From: an uncultured Candidatus Rokubacteria bacterium
GTDB taxonomy: Bacteria; Methylomirabilota; Methylomirabilia; Rokubacteriales; CSP1-6
Direction of reading: 5' to 3'
NCBI GenBank assembly: GCA_963840495.1
Contig: CAWIZN010000047.1
Span: 5,824-69,823, forward strand
DNA length: 64,000 bases
Shown here: positions 59,883 through 64,000 of the stretch, in pieces
How positions within the stretch are numbered: the stretch's first letter is position 1
How the letters are laid out: the number at the start of each line of letters is the position of its first letter
The notes under the pieces: model-generated
Databases searched by the model: none
Told to the model about the DNA's origin: nothing
Seen by the model: the letters and a program-made list of their open reading frames with translations, nothing else
Position numbers and translations under genes: made by a program

Positions 59883-60862
59883 GCGCGGCCCTGCTCGATG
59901 AGCCTCGCCAGGTCCTTCGCGAAGTACGTGATGATGATGTCGGCGCCCGCGCGACGGATCCCCGTCAGCGCCTCCACCATCGCCCGCTCCTCGTCGAGCC
60001 AGCCGAGGTGCCCGGCGGCGCGGATCATCGCGTATTCGCCGGACACCGAATAGGCGGCGACGGGCAGCCCGAACTCGCCCTTGACGCGGGCGATGACGTC
60101 GAGGTACGGCAGCGCGGGCTTGACCATCACGATGTCCGCGCCCTCGTCGACGTCGAGGGCGACCTCGCGCATGGCCTCGACGGCATTGGCGGGGTCCATC
60201 TGGTAGGAGCGGCGGTCGCCGAACTGCGGCGTGGAGTCGGCGGCCTCCCGAAACGGCCCGTAGAACGCCGAGGCGTACTTGGCCGAGTAGGCCATGATCG
60301 GCGTCTCCTGGTAGCCCGACTCGTCGAGCGCCTCGCGGATGGTCCCGACCCGGCCGTCCATCATGTCGGACGGCGCGACCATGTCGGCCCCCGCCTCCAC
60401 GTGGGACAGCGCGGTGCGCGCGATGAGCTCGAGCGTCGGGTCGTTCTTGATGCGCCCGTCCTCGACCACGCCGCAGTGGCCGTGACTGGTGTACTCGCAG
60501 AGGCACACGTCGGTGACGACGAGCAGGTCGGGGATCGTCTCCTTGACGGCGCGAACCGCCTGCTGGATGATCCCGTCCTCCGCATAGGCTTCGCTCCCCC
60601 GCGGGTCCTTCTCCTGAGGCAGCCCGAACAGGAGCACGGCGGGGATGCCCAGACCAGCCACGTCCTTGCACTCCCGCACGAGCTCGTCGATGGAGAGCCG
60701 GAACTGGCCCGGCATCGACGCGATGGCTTCGCGCACACCCCGGCCGTGGACGACGAAGAGCGGGTACATCAGGTCGTCGGCGCGGAGCGTCGTCTCACGC
60801 ACCATCTTGCGGACGAGCGGTGACTCGCGCAGTCGGCGGGGTCGGTAGATCGGATACGGCAT
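59879..60862 (-). CDS. hemB: porphobilinogen synthase
   Basis: Starts at [12 protein letters not shown], with AAGGAAGGAG upstream. Also ...[11 protein letters not shown] (Schiff-base Lys region). Confidence 0.95.
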   Translation of the reverse strand: MPYPIYRPRRLRESPLVRKMVRETTLRADDLMYPLFVVHGRGVREAIASMPGQFRLSIDELVRECKDVAGLGIPAVLLFGLPQEKDPRGSEAYAEDGIIQQAVRAVKETIPDLLVVTDVCLCEYTSHGHCGVVEDGRIKNDPTLELIARTALSHVEAGADMVAPSDMMDGRVGTIREALDESGYQETPIMAYSAKYASAFYGPFREAADSTPQFGDRRSYQMDPANAVEAMREVALDVDEGADIVMVKPALPYLDVIARVKGEFGLPVAAYSVSGEYAMIRAAGHLGWLDEERAMVEALTGIRRAGADIIITYFAKDLARLIEQGRA

Positions 60863-60866
60863 GTCG

Positions 60867-61673
60867 CTAACTCCTTCCTTCGGCGAAGTAGGCGGCAATG
60901 GCGCGAGCGAGCGCGGGGATCGTGTACTCGATCGGCATGACGTGCGTGTCGAGGCCGAACCCCGCCGCCGTCGCCCGCGTGATCGGCCCGATCGAGGCCA
61001 CCGTCACCCCGTCCATCAGCCGGCCGAGCTCGGCCCGAGGGAACAGCGCGCAGAGGTTCTTGACCGTCGACGAGCTGGTGAACGTCACGACGTCGACCCG
61101 CCGCTCGGCGAGGGCTTTGCGCAGGCCGGCGGCCTGCTCCCGCGCCGCGCGCGTGCGATACGCCGGGACCTCGTCGACGACGGCGCCCAGCCCCCGGAGC
61201 TCGCGCACGAGCACGTCGCGCGTCTCGGCGGCCCGCGCCACGAGGACGCGATCCCCGGGCGCGATCTCGGGCCGCAACCGGTCGACGAGGCTCTCGGCCA
61301 CGTACTCCGCGGGCACCGCCGCGACCCGCAGGCCCCAGCCACGCAGGGCGTCGGCCGTCGCGGGCCCGATCGCCGCGATCCGGCACGAGGCGAGGACGTC
61401 GCTGCCGCGCCCCGACTGGGCGAGGCGGCGGCGCACCATCTCGACCCCGTTGACGCTGGTGAACACGGCCCACCGGTACTGGGCCGCACGGGCGAGCGCC
61501 GCGTCCAGGGGCTCCCACGAATCGGGGGGCTCGATCGCGATGGTCGGGACGAGCATCACGGTGCCGCCCGCTTCCTCCAGGAGCGCCGCGAAGGCCGCGG
61601 CCTGCTCGCGCGCGCGCGTCACCAGGATGACCCGCCCGGCCAGCGGCCGGGCCACCGCCACCTCGAAGCTCAT
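60867..61673 (-). CDS. hemD: uroporphyrinogen-III synthase
   Basis: 268 aa, [21 protein letters not shown]...VFTSVNGV...VTFTSSSTV.... Its ATG overlaps the hemC stop. Confidence 0.85.
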   Translation of the reverse strand: MSFEVAVARPLAGRVILVTRAREQAAAFAALLEEAGGTVMLVPTIAIEPPDSWEPLDAALARAAQYRWAVFTSVNGVEMVRRRLAQSGRGSDVLASCRIAAIGPATADALRGWGLRVAAVPAEYVAESLVDRLRPEIAPGDRVLVARAAETRDVLVRELRGLGAVVDEVPAYRTRAAREQAAGLRKALAERRVDVVTFTSSSTVKNLCALFPRAELGRLMDGVTVASIGPITRATAAGFGLDTHVMPIEYTIPALARAIAAYFAEGRS

Positions 61674-62590
61674 GGCCGACCGTCCTCGTTGGCCGCCAGC
61701 AGCCCCGCCGCACCCCGGGCGAGGAGCTCCTCGGCGAGCTTCTGGCCGAGCGCCTCCGCGGCCGAGCTCGGGCCGCTCACCGCCGAGCGAATCACCGTGC
61801 GGCCGTCGAGGCTCGCGACGAGCCCGGTCAGCGTGAGCGCTTGCGCATCGGCGCGCGCGTATCCCGCCACCGGCGTATGACAACCGGCCGCCAAGCCTCG
61901 GAGGAACGAACGCTCGGCGAGGGCTTCCATCCTGGTTCGAGTGTCGTCCACCCTCTCGAGAAGTTCAAGCGTCCGCGCGTCGTCGCCGCGCGCTTCGACG
62001 GCGAGGATCCCCTGGCCGACCGCGGGCGGGAAGTCGTCGACCGACAGGAGTGCCGCGTGGACGGGCGACAGCCCGAGCCGGTTCAAGCCCGCCTGCGCGA
62101 GGATGACCGCGTCGTACGTCCCGTCCTCGAGCTTGGCGAGGCGCGTGTCGACATTGCCCCGGATCGGCCGGAGATCGAGATCCTGCCGCCGGCCGAGCAC
62201 GAGGACCTTCCGCCTCAGGCTCGACGTGCCCACCACGCTCTTGCTGGGCAGCTCCTCGAGCGTGCCCCCGCGCCGCGTCACGAGGGCGTCGCGCGGGTCT
62301 TCGCGCTCCGGAAACGCGCCGAGCACGAGCCCGTCGGGCAGCACGGCGGGCATGTCCTTCAGGCTGTGCACGGCCAGGTCGACGCGCCGATCGAGGAGCG
62401 CCTCCTCGATCTCCTTCACGAAGAGCGCCTTGCCGCCGAAGTCCGCGAGGGCGACCTGGGCGAGGCGATCGCCCGATGTCCGGATGGGCACCAGCTCGAC
62501 CTCGACGCCGAGGGCCCGGAGCGGCGCGGCGATCAGGTTCGACTGGACGAGGGCGAGCCGGCTGCCGCGCGTGCCGATCCGGAGCTTCAC
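61670..62590 (-). CDS. hemC: hydroxymethylbilane synthase
   Basis: Intact 306 aa. Motifs: MKLRIGTRGSRLALVQ...KALFVKEIE...HSLKDMP...GNVDTRL. Confidence 0.95.
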   Translation of the reverse strand: MKLRIGTRGSRLALVQSNLIAAPLRALGVEVELVPIRTSGDRLAQVALADFGGKALFVKEIEEALLDRRVDLAVHSLKDMPAVLPDGLVLGAFPEREDPRDALVTRRGGTLEELPSKSVVGTSSLRRKVLVLGRRQDLDLRPIRGNVDTRLAKLEDGTYDAVILAQAGLNRLGLSPVHAALLSVDDFPPAVGQGILAVEARGDDARTLELLERVDDTRTRMEALAERSFLRGLAAGCHTPVAGYARADAQALTLTGLVASLDGRTVIRSAVSGPSSAAEALGQKLAEELLARGAAGLLAANEDGRP

Positions 62591-63892
62591 CGCCCGGGCT
62601 CCCCGCGATCATGCCGCCGGCCCGGTCCCGAGAGGCCGAAGATCTCCGAGACGAGCTCGACGAAGCGCGCGCCATGCCCGGCGCGCGACGAGTCCCGCAG
62701 CTTGACGGTGGGCGTGTGCAGGACCTTGTTGACGATCGACTGCGACAGCGCTTCCATCACCCGCCGGGTCTCCTCGTCGGCCGAGGGCAGCCGGCCGAGC
62801 GCGCGGTCGAGCTCGCCGCGCCGGATCGCCTCGAGCTTCTCGCGGAGCGACACGATCGTCGGCACGACCTCGAGCTCCGCGAGCCGCGCGCCGAAGCGCC
62901 CGACCTCGCGCTCCACGATGGCGAGCGCCCGGTGCGCCTCCCGCTGGCGCTCCTGCAGATTCGCTTCCACCACGGAGCGCAGGTCGTCGATGTCGTAGCA
63001 GAACGCGTTGCCGAGGTCGTTCACGCCGGCCTCGACATTCCGGGGCACGCCGATGTCGATGAAGAAGAGCGGCCGCTCTCGGCGGGCGTGCAGCGCCTGG
63101 CGAACCGCGGCGACGCGGACGAGGGGCTCGGGCGCCGCCGTCGAGGTGATGACGATGTCCACGAGCCCCATGGTGGCGACGAAGTCCTCGAAGCGTACCG
63201 CGATGCCCGCGAACCCCCGCGCCAGATCCTGCGCCCGGCTCCAGGTGCGGTTGGCGACGTACACGGGATGCGCGCCCTGGTCGATCAGGTGACGGGCGGC
63301 GAGCTCGCTCATCTCGCCCGCCCCCACGAGCAGCACCGCCTTGCCCTCGAGGCTCCCGAAGATCTTCCGCGCGAGCTCCACCGCGGCAAAGGAGACGGAG
63401 ACGGCGAGGCGGCCCACCTCGGTCTCCGTGCGCACCTTCTTGGCCACGCCGAAGGCCTGGCTCATCAGCGCGTGGAGCACCGGGCCCACGGTACCCGCCG
63501 ATTGCGCCAGCGCGAAGGCGTCCTTCACCTGGCCCAGGATCTGGGGCTCGCCCAGGATCATCGAGTCGAGGCTCGCCGCGACCCGGAACACGTGCAGCAC
63601 CGCCTCGTCCTCCGTCTTCGTGTAGAGCAGCGGCTCGATGGCCTCGAGGCCGAATCCGCGCTGGCCGCCGAGGCGGGCGAAGACCGCGCGCCTGGCCTCT
63701 CCGGGCACCTCGGCGACGCCACAGACCTCGACGCGGTTGCACGTGGCGAGGATCATCGCCTCTTCGAGCACGCCCGCCCCCGCGAGGTCGACGCAGGATC
63801 TCGCGCACCTTGTCGCCCTCGAGGGCGAGCTGCTCGCGCACCTCGACGGGCGCCGTGTGATGACTGAGGCCTGCGACGAAGAGCGCGCCCAT
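62587..63892 (-). CDS. hemA: glutamyl-tRNA reductase (indel near 63786-63790)
   Basis: The N-terminus MGALFVAGLSHHTAPVEVRE is in the ORF 62609..63895 frame. The rest is in ORF 62587..63771 and reads ...ILATCNRVE (catalytic Cys)...VLLVGAGEMSE.... Confidence 0.9.
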
Positions 63893-64000
63893 CACGCCGG
63901 CCGCAGCATCCGCGCGCGGGCACCGGGGCGACGAGACGCGCCTAGGAGCCAGTCGGAGAAACCGGCTAGAGCGATGGTTCAGCTGCGAGGCGGCCCGATG

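Overview
This is a GC-rich bacterial chromosomal segment. Hand-counted 60-nt samples are about 73 % G+C in the core. About 60 protein genes are recognisable, and nearly all lie on the minus strand in long, tightly packed, often 4-nt-overlapping (ATGA/GTGA) gene trains.

Gene content from left to right:
- A small A/T-richer accessory patch (1-2605): nuclease genes (HNH, decayed HNH_repeat/T5orf172), a DUF4926-like fragment and an antitoxin-like small ORF.
- trxB, then HAD, DUF2203, lutCBA, a cupin, glcFED and korBA.
- A LysR regulator divergent from gltBD.
- A chlorite-dismutase-family gene divergent from a roughly 808-aa GAF-domain protein of unknown function.
- moaA, a Rieske protein, a B12-type radical SAM gene and yjbQ.
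- tRNA-Leu(TAA), tRNA-Cys(GCA) and tRNA-Gly(GCC).
- galT, gpsA, plsY, pgsA, comB, then argG, argF, argD, argB.
- hslU, hslV, xerC, topA, dprA and ybgF.
- yeeE (plus strand), a D-aminoacylase and moeA.
- An Alternative Complex III-like operon, actBCDEF, with no actA in the window.
- hemL, then mec(JAMM)-cysO-cysM with an Rrf2 regulator, then hemB, hemD, hemC, hemA.

Major caveat: roughly 25-30 single-base indels split conserved, mostly essential genes into two or three frames. Several of them sit in G/C homopolymers. I read these as consensus errors rather than pseudogenes.

I found no CRISPR array, rRNA, transposase or prophage, and no clear-cut novel multi-gene system.

The observations most worth a second look:
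- Two ~150-nt long-stem inverted-repeat elements (7676-7824 and 49394-49548).
- A repeated GC-rich hairpin module at two operon ends.
- Two apparently leaderless genes sharing a TGCTAGNAT-N6-start motif.
- A translationally coupled radical SAM / Rieske / MoaA trio.
- The ActA-less ACIII operon.
- A CysO-type sulfur carrier with a GG-SSTPA tail next to its JAMM protease, embedded in the heme operon.
- The HNH + 71-aa gene pair in the A/T-richer patch.

All family assignments come from my own motif recognition of the translated ORFs. No searches were run.
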